From Nitrososphaeria archaeon (GTDB taxonomy: Archaea; Thermoproteota; Nitrososphaeria; Nitrososphaerales; JACAEJ01): a stretch of 64,000 nt of DNA. The position numbers and the translations under genes are program-made. A model generated the notes under the pieces. The model was not told the origin of the DNA and ran no database searches. It worked only from the letters and a program-made list of their open reading frames with translations. Shown here piece by piece: positions 1 to 9,101 of the stretch. The first letter of the stretch is position 1. Every line of letters begins with the position of its first letter. The DNA is taken from NCBI GenBank assembly GCA_029775875.1, contig JARVKD010000001.1, forward strand, positions 810 to 64,809, in the 5' to 3' direction.

Positions 1-1452
1 TAAAGACCTATCTTTAATCTTATTCTTCATAAAATTGTCCAGCTTTCTTTCAATATCTGGATCGAGTTGCTCTACTTTATGTTCAGACAAAAGCTTTTTT
101 GCATATATTATAGCTCTTTTGCAAATGTTTTCTGGCTTGTATTTTCTATCTGACCTTGTCTTTCTGTCCAAAACCAGTGAAGGGATGTATTGCTCCTTCT
201 TGAACCAGTTTTGAGTGTGCTTATTCGTCAAAAAGTTTCCTTCATGAGCTATGGTTTTTATTATGTCTATAGCCAATGTTTTGTTTGAAAACTTTATGCC
301 TTTGCTAAGCCTTATAGCTTGACCGCAGATTTCATTGTCTATTATGAGCTTCTCAAAGCTTTGACAACTCTCAAAGTCTAGCATTCCAGGACCTGATATT
401 ACATTAATTCCTGCCAAAGTGCCCATGAGTATACCGATGCCAGACTCGAAACCAGACTGAGCATCTACCGTTTTAGAATCGCTCAAGCCCAAATAGGCAT
501 GAACAGGCAAGCCCAGATACTTCCCAATTTCAGAAGAGCAGCATTGGATCATCATACTCTCGATAGCGCCCATGGGTGTAGTGCCAAACCTCATATCAAA
601 GATAGAAGCCGAACTTCCATAAATCACGGGAGCTTTAGGATTAGTCGATTGAGCTAGCACTATCCCACTTAGAGCTTCTGCAGTATGTTGAACGAGTGTA
701 CCGGCTAAAGTCGCAGGACTTAAGGCTCCAGCTAACGGCATCGGCACTATTTCAGCAGGAATCATGAATCTTGAGCAATCTATAAGGTTCTGAGAAACAA
801 CTTCACTCCAAACCAGGGGTGAATGTGGGCATACGTCAAATATTGCCATTGGCTTCTTGGCGAGATTCTCTTCACCCATTACAATTGCTAGCATTTTCTT
901 CATATCACGAACTCCGTCTTTTGTGAAGGTTCCAGTAATGACGGGCTTTGTAGAGTTTTTTAATACTGTATAAAGCCTATACCTGTCTACAATATTTTGA
1001 TTAACATCAGAAATTACGAGAGCAGTACTTTGAGCCTTTATGTTGTCTAGAGCGTCTGTGAGTCTAACGAAATCAATGAAATCTTTTGAATTCGGCTTTC
1101 TGATTTCACCACTATCCGTGTCTATGATTTTGATAGCAGTTGATCCAGGGTTAAAGATTACATTACTTTGCTCTAGCACTATTGCAAGCTTGCCATTCCT
1201 ATCATAAAGAGATATTTTAGATGGGGCTTTTACAATACTTTCCTTGATTAGCTCTTCAGGAAGTCTAGCCACCATATCCTTTTTGTTAACTTCTCCTCCA
1301 TTATCGCTTATGATTCGTAAAGCCTCTGAGTTGTGATACTTTGCTCCTTTCTCGTTTAATAATTCTAAAGCTCCCGCATATATCTCACTTATCTCATCAC
1401 TACTTAAGAGCCGAAGACGTTTTGAAAGATTGGCGAATGAAAACTTTGGCAT
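1..1452 (-). CDS. MttB-superfamily corrinoid methyltransferase (trimethylamine/glycine-betaine type); 3' end runs off the window
   Basis: Absent from ORF track (edge-truncated). My translation from ATG 1452..1450 gives MPKFSFANLSKRLRLLSSDEISEIYAGALELLNEKGAKYHNSEA. Spot checks at ~660 (VLAQSTNPKAPVIYGSSASI) and at 60..1 stay open. No amber codon seen in the stretches checked, so apparently a non-pyrrolysine member. Confidence 0.7.
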   Translation of the reverse strand, partial: MPKFSFANLSKRLRLLSSDEISEIYAGALELLNEKGAKYHNSEALRIISDNGGEVNKKDMVARLPEELIKESIVKAPSKISLYDRNGKLAIVLEQSNVIFNPGSTAIKIIDTDSGEIRKPNSKDFIDFVRLTDALDNIKAQSTALVISDVNQNIVDRYRLYTVLKNSTKPVITGTFTKDGVRDMKKMLAIVMGEENLAKKPMAIFDVCPHSPLVWSEVVSQNLIDCSRFMIPAEIVPMPLAGALSPATLAGTLVQHTAEALSGIVLAQSTNPKAPVIYGSSASIFDMRFGTTPMGAIESMMIQCCSSEIGKYLGLPVHAYLGLSDSKTVDAQSGFESGIGILMGTLAGINVISGPGMLDFESCQSFEKLIIDNEICGQAIRLSKGIKFSNKTLAIDIIKTIAHEGNFLTNKHTQNWFKKEQYIPSLVLDRKTRSDRKYKPENICKRAIIYAKKLLSEHKVEQLDPDIERKLDNFMKNKIKDRSL

Positions 1453-1584
1453 TTTATTAACAGTTTTCTTTTAGCAAGTATAAAAGCTGTAATGGGTTTG
1501 ATAATCTACAGTCTTCAGTATCATCTCCCTCTGCAAGATGCCAATTCCTTTATGGATGGATTGAAAGATCTGTATATAACTTAA

Positions 1585-1980
1585 TTATATGGTCCTTTTT
1601 CTCGAAGCTACTGCAAATACGATACCCAAGATGGAGAAAACAAGAATTGGAATCCCATAATTGTAAAACATCCTCATCCATGCATCACGCAGAAATCCTT
1701 CAGGGTAGACGAAACTCCATAGGAGCGGTAAAATGCCATTTATCAGCAATATCGCCATGCCTACTAGTGTTAATCCAAGGGATCTTCTTTTTATCATGAG
1801 GACGCCAGAGATTAGCCCAAACGAGAAACCAAAGATTGCTATCCACCACGTGACCAAAGGGTAAGAATCGTTGAACCATAGGTAACTCACACTAACTCCT
1901 ACAATTAGACTCAACGATGCTGCAACGATTGTTAAGATGCCGCCAGCGATGGGCAGTCCACTCTCTTTAAATTCTTCCAA
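1585..1980 (-). CDS. small integral membrane protein (about 4 TM helices), unknown function
   Basis: 131-aa ORF made almost entirely of hydrophobic helices; no recognisable family. Confidence 0.5.
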   Translation of the reverse strand: MEEFKESGLPIAGGILTIVAASLSLIVGVSVSYLWFNDSYPLVTWWIAIFGFSFGLISGVLMIKRRSLGLTLVGMAILLINGILPLLWSFVYPEGFLRDAWMRMFYNYGIPILVFSILGIVFAVASRKRTI

Positions 1981-2109
1981 GGCTATTCACCTTCTCGATT
2001 TTGTTTGAGAGTCTTCATTTTAAAGTGAATTATGATGAGCATTTAACCTAATTGTTGAAAATTGTTGAGCTTTAAGCATTAGAATTGCGATGAGGAAAAG
2101 AATTTTGAA

Positions 2110-3780
2110 TTGTCTCAACTCATAACTGAATACCCTTATGGTTTAGAAATCAATCCATTTTCCCACGTACCAACTCCCAGCTTAACGGCTGCAAAAGTTC
2201 TAGGAGGTAGAAGGTGGAAGGGGGTCAAGGAAAGGATTTTGATCTGTGTTAAAGAGCTAAATGAATCTATGAATAAGGGGCAGAAGGTTTTCAGCATAGT
2301 AAACATAGTTGGACCTTTGGGAACAGGAAAGACTCATCTTGCTCTTCACATGAAGACCTTAAAAGATGAATTTGAATGCGCCTATGTAGATTTAACGAGA
2401 ATCGAACCAAAAGACCTTCCAAGCATTTACTTGGCTATAGTTAAAGAATTGGGCGAAGGTTTCTTTCATGAATTGCGCAATAAGCTCATTCTAAAGTTAG
2501 GAGATAGGGCTGAAAGGGGAGAAAAAAATGCAAGAAAAGCGCTGAGAATTGGCATAATAGATAGGATATTTGGAAGAAGCCCTATCAGAATAGCCCAAGA
2601 AATTGTGGAAAAGAAAAGAACCATGAATGTTTATGCTTTGAGAGAAGCCTTTCCAGAAATTCTTGATGACGACGCGTTTGAATCAGTTTTTAATATTCTA
2701 TCAGAAAATCTAAACTGGTTCTTAGAGGCAAAAGATTTCAACGAAGCTTTGGGGAAAATAAAAGGTCTCGCTAGAGTCTCATGCAGTCTGGGCAGGGTTT
2801 TGCTCATAGAAATAGACGAAATATCCGTCAACAAACCTTTGATGGATGGATTGAAAGCTATAATAAACGAAAAGCCGCCAGGAGTTGTTTTGGTGACAAT
2901 TTTGAGATCAGAGGTAATGACAGAGATGAGCAATGCCGATCCTTCTCTCGCCGATCGTCTTCAAAAAGCACCTTTCACATACTTTCTAGCACAACCTGAT
3001 GATCCTGAAGAAATCTGGGACATCATAAAAGAGTATCTAAAGTTTCATTATGCAGTAATCAGTGAACAAGACGGTGAAGCACTAAAGAACCTGATAAAGT
3101 ATGCTTTCAGTGAATTTGGCATGAATAAGCTTAGGGATGTTCTCGCTTTAATGAGAGAAGCATTCGAAATTGCCAAAGGTAGCGAGAGAATAAGAGAAGA
3201 CCACCTCATAGGAGCCATAATTAGAATTAGACCTAATGCAGAGTTAAGGGATAGCTTGATGCGTATACCCATTCCTGATTACTTCAGGATAACAAAAACA
3301 AGTACAAAGACTTACGAAGAGATTTCTGATAATCTAACAAGAGCTATAAGAGACCTGGGACGATACTTATTCATGAAAGGAGCGATATTTTATGCCCACG
3401 GAGCTTCAAGGAGAATAGACACGCCAGGAGGTTCAAGAAGTTTCCGTTTAGCAGACCTGTATTTGGAGGAAAAAGATGGTAGAAAAGTCGTTGTAAACGT
3501 TAAAATGTCAGAAAAAGAATGCTTGACAAGACAGGAGATAGAGGATACCTTAGAGATGGTAGAGCATGGAAGGGTAGACCAAGCCATAATCTTGACGAAT
3601 GCTGCCTATAGCAAAGATCTTGAGCATCCAAAGTTGATATTTGCAAAGATAGGGGATAAGCATAACATTGCAGATTACATCTACTTTAGCGAGAAGTTTC
3701 AGGCCAATAGGTTGAATGAAGAAGACGAAAAGAATGTAGTAAGACTTGCAAAATGCCTAGGGGTTGGCTACTGGGAATAA
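2110..3780 (+). CDS. P-loop (AAA+/archaeal-ATPase-like) NTPase with Mrr/restriction-endonuclease-like C-terminal domain
   Basis: TTG start. Walker A GPLGTGKTH; Walker-B-like VLLIEIDEI. C-terminus FRLADLYLEEKDGRKVVVNVKMSEKE...QAIILTNAAYS has the Mrr_cat-like strand order. Confidence 0.6.
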   Translation: MSQLITEYPYGLEINPFSHVPTPSLTAAKVLGGRRWKGVKERILICVKELNESMNKGQKVFSIVNIVGPLGTGKTHLALHMKTLKDEFECAYVDLTRIEPKDLPSIYLAIVKELGEGFFHELRNKLILKLGDRAERGEKNARKALRIGIIDRIFGRSPIRIAQEIVEKKRTMNVYALREAFPEILDDDAFESVFNILSENLNWFLEAKDFNEALGKIKGLARVSCSLGRVLLIEIDEISVNKPLMDGLKAIINEKPPGVVLVTILRSEVMTEMSNADPSLADRLQKAPFTYFLAQPDDPEEIWDIIKEYLKFHYAVISEQDGEALKNLIKYAFSEFGMNKLRDVLALMREAFEIAKGSERIREDHLIGAIIRIRPNAELRDSLMRIPIPDYFRITKTSTKTYEEISDNLTRAIRDLGRYLFMKGAIFYAHGASRRIDTPGGSRSFRLADLYLEEKDGRKVVVNVKMSEKECLTRQEIEDTLEMVEHGRVDQAIILTNAAYSKDLEHPKLIFAKIGDKHNIADYIYFSEKFQANRLNEEDEKNVVRLAKCLGVGYWE

Positions 3781-3886
3781 GTAAGTGATAAGAAATCGAT
3801 TTGAGGAAAGTAGAGGCTATACTATTTAGTGAATTTAACATAAAAATCCCAAAAGTTTAAGGCAATCCAATCATGCAATATAGTCA

Positions 3887-4531
3887 ATGCTATTGGAACT
3901 CTCGATCTTATTCTTCTCTTCCCTTATCATAGGCTACTCTGGAGCATTGATGCCAGGACCAGTACTTATAGTGACCATAAACGAGGCTGCGAAGAAGGGA
4001 TTAAAGTCTGGCTTTTATGTGTCCGTAGGCCACGCTTTCCTCGAACTTATTTTGGTAATCCTTCTTACCCTTGGCTTGGCTGAAATCTTATCTTTAAAGC
4101 CCATAGTTGCTCTTATAGGTCTTTTGGGAGGAGCATTCCTTTCTTGGATGGCATATAACATACTGAAGGACGCCTTAAGAAGAAAAATCTCTTTGAGCTT
4201 TTATGTTAAACCAGATGATCATAAAATGAGTTCTATGGTATTGGGAATCTTCACAAGCTTATTCAATCCCTTCTGGCTCATATGGTGGGTATCTGTCGGA
4301 GCAATTTTTCTACTTAACTCCCTTGAATTCGGCATAATGGGCGTGATGGCATTCTATTTCGGTCATATATTGGCTGATTTGAGCTGGTACGGCTCAGTTT
4401 CCTTTGCCATGGCTCGAGGTAAGAATTTTATAAGCGATAAAACTTATAGGACCATTCTAACACTTTGTGGTTCTATTCTTATCTTTTTTAGCGTTTTCTT
4501 CATAAAGTCTGGGCTGGAAGCCCTTCTGTAA
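3887..4531 (+). CDS. LysE/RhtB-family amino-acid exporter
   Basis: 214 aa, 6 TM. N-terminal GALMPGPVL motif typical of LysE/RhtB translocators. Confidence 0.75.
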   Translation: MLLELSILFFSSLIIGYSGALMPGPVLIVTINEAAKKGLKSGFYVSVGHAFLELILVILLTLGLAEILSLKPIVALIGLLGGAFLSWMAYNILKDALRRKISLSFYVKPDDHKMSSMVLGIFTSLFNPFWLIWWVSVGAIFLLNSLEFGIMGVMAFYFGHILADLSWYGSVSFAMARGKNFISDKTYRTILTLCGSILIFFSVFFIKSGLEALL

Positions 4532-4576
4532 TGGTAAAAAACCATAAATCTGTTAAAATTTTAATCACAATTAAAG

Positions 4577-5212
4577 TTGTCAGCTTGGATGAAAGACGAA
4601 ATTCCCATTAAGAAACAAGAGATTCGTGAGAGGCTATGGTCAGAGATGGAGAGGAAAGGCATTGCAACCTTTCCTTTACCATGTTTTGGGCGCATACCAA
4701 ACTTTAAGGGCGCTGAACTTGCTGCATTAAAACTTCAAAGCGTAAATGAATACAAGGATGCTTCTTTTATAATGGTAGGTCCAGACTCTCCTCAAGCCCC
4801 TGTTAGAAGGCTAGCTTTGCTCGATGGTAAATTATTGGTCATGCCTAGCCCTGGTTTAGAGTCTGGCTATTTGATCATAAGACCTAGTAGAGTCAAGGGC
4901 AAAGAAAAGGAGGCTAGCACTATAAGAGGAGCCTTCAAGTATGGAGAATCGACCAATGCTCCTCCACCTTTAGATTTGATCGTTGAGGGTTCAGTGGCTG
5001 TAGACTTGGATGGATATAGATTAGGTAAAGGGAAAGGCTTTGGGGATAGGGAGATATCATTGGCTGAAGATATAGCTAAGAAAAGCATTACCGTAGTTAC
5101 CACTATTCATGATATACAGATAGTAGATTTCGTGCCAAGAGAGGAGCATGATAAGAAAGTTGACATCATAGTCACGCCTACTAGAATAATAAGAATCTCC
5201 TCAAAGGCTTGA
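4577..5212 (+). CDS. 5-formyltetrahydrofolate cyclo-ligase family protein
   Basis: GKGKGFGDRE near the C-terminus resembles the MTHFS G-x-G-x-G-[FY]-x-D-R motif. ATG at 4589 (MKDEIPIKKQEIRERLW) is a likely alternative to TTG 4577. Confidence 0.7.
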   Translation: MSAWMKDEIPIKKQEIRERLWSEMERKGIATFPLPCFGRIPNFKGAELAALKLQSVNEYKDASFIMVGPDSPQAPVRRLALLDGKLLVMPSPGLESGYLIIRPSRVKGKEKEASTIRGAFKYGESTNAPPPLDLIVEGSVAVDLDGYRLGKGKGFGDREISLAEDIAKKSITVVTTIHDIQIVDFVPREEHDKKVDIIVTPTRIIRISSKA

Positions 5213-5325
5213 GCTAACTTGATTTTTGTGATAAATTTTTCCAAGCTATCGCTAATGGGATCAGCATTAAAGTTCTCTCTAAAGTCTGTTCATCCGAACT
5301 ATCCAAAGACCTTATAACCGCTTAA

Positions 5326-6018
5326 TTGATTAAGATGAAAGATATGAAGTTAAAGGCAGTTCTTTTCGATTTCGATGGCACAATAATCGATCTTAATTTC
5401 AAATACGAAGAATCCCGTATGGCTATTTTTGAAGTTCTCAAAGGATTAGGCTTTAATATATCGTTTTTCACTTTACGTGACACTGCCCAGACTATCTTAG
5501 AAAAGGTTGAAAGGCAAATAATAGAAAAATCCATGAATGTAAAATTATCTGATATCAAGAACAAGATCTGGTCCATCATAGATGAATTTGAAATAGAAGC
5601 AGTTAATTCTTCTGAATTGTTAAAGGAAACGAAATCTATCCTAGATTTTTTATCAGAAAAAGAAGTCAAAAAAGGTTTAGTTACTAACAGCGGGAGGAAA
5701 GCTGTTCAACTTGCTTTGATAAAGCATGGCTTGGAGAATAGTTTTGATGTTATAGTAACAAGGGATGAGGTTGATAAGCTAAAGCCTTTTGGCGATGGCA
5801 TAAAGTTAGCTTTGAGAGTAATAGATGTCCAAACTAAAAATGCACTATACGTAGGAGATAGCATTAACGACGTTCTTGCTGCTAAAGATGCAAATGTATA
5901 CTCTATAGCCATAGGCAGATGGCCTCAACATATCGAAAAATTAAGGAAGTTATCACCTTCTTATATTGTCAAATCTTTGAGTGAAACTGCAGATTTGTTA
6001 AAACAATTGATGGATTAA
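5326..6018 (+). CDS. HAD-superfamily hydrolase (phosphoglycolate phosphatase-like)
   Basis: AVLFDFDGTIID (motif I), VTNSG (motif II), K...GDSINDVLAAK (motifs III/IV). Confidence 0.8.
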   Translation: MIKMKDMKLKAVLFDFDGTIIDLNFKYEESRMAIFEVLKGLGFNISFFTLRDTAQTILEKVERQIIEKSMNVKLSDIKNKIWSIIDEFEIEAVNSSELLKETKSILDFLSEKEVKKGLVTNSGRKAVQLALIKHGLENSFDVIVTRDEVDKLKPFGDGIKLALRVIDVQTKNALYVGDSINDVLAAKDANVYSIAIGRWPQHIEKLRKLSPSYIVKSLSETADLLKQLMD

Positions 6019-6695
6019 ATCTTGATAACATCTGAAGCAATTTTTGCTCTAGCCAATAGCCTTGCCAACCTTATAGGCTCTGGTATTGCGCCTTGGATGG
6101 TGAATTTATCAAGAATTCTTTTAGAAACCTCTAAAGAAATCCCGTAAGGTCTGATGTAAACTATATAATTTGTATGAAGTTTCACAGCCTCTCTCGCACC
6201 AAGTCTATTATAAGCTGATAGTTTTTTCTCCCAAGAGTCTGGGAAATGATGCTTTATATGAGGCTCAAGCCCCTCAGACTCTTCAAATGTTATGCTTATC
6301 ACTGGTGTATTTGTCCTATCTCCTAAAGAGTCTATATCAATGATGTTATACATGCTTATGACGCTCCCCCCTAGCATGATCACATTAATGTCGTTTCGAT
6401 TCAGTCTTTGGAACATGCCTACAATTTCGTCTGTCGCATCGTCTCCCCCTATCTCTGCACTTCCAAAGATGAAACCATCTATGATCAGATCACTTCTCAT
6501 AACTACGCCTGCCAGTACACTTCTTTTATTTTGGCTTTTTCTAAAGCTTTCAGCTATCCCTAACGCTCTAACGCCCTTCTTCTCAACGTGAATTCTCATG
6601 ACCTTACTATAATTAACATAGGAATTTAATAAAACTGACTGAAGTTCATTAGAATAAAATCTTTTGCAATCAATAATGTCTCTGCTAATGTTCAT
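6015..6695 (-). CDS. DUF99/UPF0215 family protein (endonuclease-V-like fold)
   Basis: KKGVRALGIAESF...GVVMR...IDGF pattern typical of archaeal UPF0215. Confidence 0.65.
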   Translation of the reverse strand: MNISRDIIDCKRFYSNELQSVLLNSYVNYSKVMRIHVEKKGVRALGIAESFRKSQNKRSVLAGVVMRSDLIIDGFIFGSAEIGGDDATDEIVGMFQRLNRNDINVIMLGGSVISMYNIIDIDSLGDRTNTPVISITFEESEGLEPHIKHHFPDSWEKKLSAYNRLGAREAVKLHTNYIVYIRPYGISLEVSKRILDKFTIQGAIPEPIRLARLLARAKIASDVIKI

Positions 6696-6773
6696 TGATG
6701 CGTTCTGAATCTAACTTGACAGCCTATAAAAAAGTAAATTCTATTTAGAAATATTTTGTAATCGCAGAGATAA

Positions 6774-7202
6774 TTATTCGGGCATGATTTTGCGCGATAC
6801 TTTGGACACGGGATGGCTTTTGACACATAGTTCGAATTTGTCTCTCCAGCCAAAAGGTGTCTTTAAAACATTATAATTCTTAGAATTGAGATGAAGCTTT
6901 ACATCGTCTATTATTCTCTTAGCTATTTGTGGAGATGACAGATCGTCCGATAGATGTGCAAAAGAGTGCAAAGCAATGTTCTTCTCTTTAACCTGCCTTG
7001 CTATATCCATGATTTCTTCTGCAGATTTCTTGGCAACTTTTGTTGGATCTTTTTCATCAACTTTTTCTGAGCTGATTAATACAACAAGAACCGATTCATC
7101 AACTTTTCCAATCATCTCTTCCTCGTCAACTTCCTCGGAAAGGCGAGTTCTCCCAACCACCTCGTATCTGAAATAGTCACAATGGAGCATGAGCAATCTC
7201 AA
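6774..7202 (-). CDS. free-standing archaeal threonyl-tRNA synthetase editing domain (ThrRS-ED/DTD-like fold)
   Basis: MRLLMLHCDYFRYEV...ISSEKVDEKD...HSFAHLSDDL...KTPFGWRDKFELCVKSHPVSKVSR aligns end to end with the N-terminal editing domain of Pyrococcus-type ThrRS (from memory). The ORF track starts at TTG 7229; TTG 7202 matches the homologue N-terminus. Confidence 0.7.
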   Translation of the reverse strand: MRLLMLHCDYFRYEVVGRTRLSEEVDEEEMIGKVDESVLVVLISSEKVDEKDPTKVAKKSAEEIMDIARQVKEKNIALHSFAHLSDDLSSPQIAKRIIDDVKLHLNSKNYNVLKTPFGWRDKFELCVKSHPVSKVSRKIMPE

Positions 7203-7363
7203 TTCTGTATCTCGTCTAAATGATATCAAAAATGGTTATTTAACTTTAGAGTTGTTAAAATCAAATCTCTTCAATTGATAGCTTTAGAACTCTATCAGGG
7301 AAATGGACTAAGACCCACAAATGCGAAAATCATGGTTGCATGCAGTCAGTATTTAGAATAAAA

Positions 7364-7379
7364 TTAGTCAATTGACTAA
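7364..7379. promoter_or_regulatory. 16-bp perfect palindrome TTAGTCAATTGACTAA, candidate operator
   Basis: Read directly. Lies in the 220-nt divergent intergenic region, about 70 nt upstream of the decarboxylase start at 7449. Confidence 0.25.
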
Positions 7380-7448
7380 ATTGAGTGATTGAATTTTTGG
7401 ATAGGATAATGTTTTTAAGCAAAAAATTATCAAGTATGCCCCAAAGAA

Positions 7449-8774
7449 ATGGTTGAAGTCGCTTATCATTACCTTCCGAAAATAGAGGTTTCAACTCCTA
7501 TCATCGATCAGCAAGTCCTTTATGATCTGGCCACAAAATATGGTACTCCATACTTTATTATAGATGAAGCTACACTCCGCTCGAAATTAAGGGAACTGAA
7601 AGATGGATTCAAAGATTTCTCTAACACTGTCAGAATCGCCTTTTCTATGAAGGCTAACTTTAACCCTTCAGTCATAAAGGCCTTTGTTTCTGAGGATACC
7701 CTCTTTGATGTCACATCCATAGGCGAATTATTCTTCTACTTAAATTGTGGTGGAGCAACTGAAAATGTTATTTACACAAGCGTCACAGAGACCAAAGAGG
7801 AGTTTTGTGAAGTACTGGAAAAGGGCGTTAGGCTTATAGTGATTGGCTCATTCAACGGTCTTTTAAACCTGATCGATGCCGCATCAGAAAAAAGAATTAT
7901 ACCAAGTGTGATGATTAGAGTCAATCCTGAAGTGGGCGTAAAAGCTGAAGTAAGAGCAAGCTATAGATATGGTAAATTTGGGGTACCTCTCAACGGTCAC
8001 ACTACAGACAGCGCTTCGAATTTGCTAAGAAATATTATTAACAGCAAGAACTTGATCTTCGAGGGCTTTCACTTTCATTTAGGTTCTCAGATAGAGAATC
8101 CTATATGCTTTGTTAACGCTTTAGAAAAACTAGAGACATTCATCCTAAAAATGCGTAAAGAGTTTCCTGACCTACATATTAAGATCATAGACATTGGTGG
8201 TGGCACTCCTGTGTCATATGGCAGTCCTGTGCCCAGCCCATCTGAAATCGGTAGTATTGTGACCAAAAAACTCAACTCAATGGCTCAAAATCTTGGAGAT
8301 CGATTCACGCTTATTGTTGAGAGTGGAAGGTTTCTATCTGCTGAAGCTTCTATCTTAGTTTCAAAGATAATAAACCTAAAGGTCTACGAAGGGCATAAGT
8401 TCATCTTTGTCGATGCTGGTTATCATTTGCTTTTGGATGCTGCCCTACTTCGTCAAGAATATCCTCAGGAAGTCGTGCCCTGTGTAGAGGATACAGAAAA
8501 CTTAAAGATTAATCTTGCAGGTAGACTGTGCGATACTTATGATATCTTTCCTCTATCCCCTGCTTCTAAGCTCTCAGGAGCTGAACTAGGCAAGCTAATA
8601 GTATTCAGAAATGTTGGTGCCTATTCTATAGTCTTCAATATGCCATTTCATTGTCAAACAAAACCTCCTATATTGTTTAGGAAAACAAACGGTGAATTCG
8701 TTTTAGTCAGAAAAGGTGAAACCATAGAGGAGCTTTTCGAAGAGGAAGGCGGCAACATTAACACTGAAGTTTAA
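7449..8774 (+). CDS. PLP-dependent Orn/DAP/Arg decarboxylase family (diaminopimelate decarboxylase-like)
   Basis: FSMKANFNP (PLP-lysine motif), HFHLGSQ, IDIGGGTPV, ESGRFL, GRLCDTYD. Confidence 0.85.
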   Translation: MVEVAYHYLPKIEVSTPIIDQQVLYDLATKYGTPYFIIDEATLRSKLRELKDGFKDFSNTVRIAFSMKANFNPSVIKAFVSEDTLFDVTSIGELFFYLNCGGATENVIYTSVTETKEEFCEVLEKGVRLIVIGSFNGLLNLIDAASEKRIIPSVMIRVNPEVGVKAEVRASYRYGKFGVPLNGHTTDSASNLLRNIINSKNLIFEGFHFHLGSQIENPICFVNALEKLETFILKMRKEFPDLHIKIIDIGGGTPVSYGSPVPSPSEIGSIVTKKLNSMAQNLGDRFTLIVESGRFLSAEASILVSKIINLKVYEGHKFIFVDAGYHLLLDAALLRQEYPQEVVPCVEDTENLKINLAGRLCDTYDIFPLSPASKLSGAELGKLIVFRNVGAYSIVFNMPFHCQTKPPILFRKTNGEFVLVRKGETIEELFEEEGGNINTEV

Positions 8775-8878
8775 CTTAGCCTCCCAGTTCATCGCATTAT
8801 TTTTTATTATTTCTATTATTAGACAGATTATATTAGGGGGTTAAACTATGTCTTAGATAAGAATAGTCGGTGCTTCTT

Positions 8879-9098
8879 ATGCGAAAAGCAATCATTATGG
8901 GTGCAGATGGTAGAGATCTTCACAACTTTAACGTGTTCTTTCGAAACAACACAGAATATAGGATGGCCTTCATAGCATCCCAAATCCCTTTCATAGAGAA
9001 AAGACAAGCCTGTTGCAAAAGCTAGGATAGAAGCTGTTGATGCAGATAAGCCTGACTTAGAAGATATATTGATGGAAAAAATGAAAAGTTTTATTTAA
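8879..9098 (+). pseudogene. remnant of a COG2403-type GTPase / cyclic-2,3-diphosphoglycerate-synthetase-like gene
   Basis: 48-codon ORF MRKAIIMGADGRDLHNFNVFFRNNTEYRMAFIASQIPFIEKR... matches the N-terminus of ~440-aa COG2403 proteins (from memory). It stops at 9023-9025. A short C-terminal-like piece follows in another frame, and only ~330 nt lie between the flanking genes. Confidence 0.45.
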
Positions 9099-9101
9099 AA
9101 A

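Noticed and set aside
1552-2857. Identical 16-mer ATGGATGGATTGAAAG at ~1552-1567 and ~2842-2857.
   Set aside because: About one exact 16-mer repeat is expected by chance in 64 kb (both strands). One copy is intergenic and the other is inside the ATPase CDS, and there is no flanking similarity.
2631-3587. Antisense or alternative-frame ORFs inside annotated genes. Examples: 2631..2933(-), 2781..2999(+), 3048..3272(-), 3390..3587(-). Similar ones occur throughout the track, e.g. 9490..9693, 13423..13725, 27674..27991, 39151..39588, 57369..57785.
   Set aside because: They lie wholly inside strong homology-supported genes on the other strand or frame. Their translations are low-complexity (S/L/F/I-rich), as expected for shadow ORFs in AT-rich DNA.
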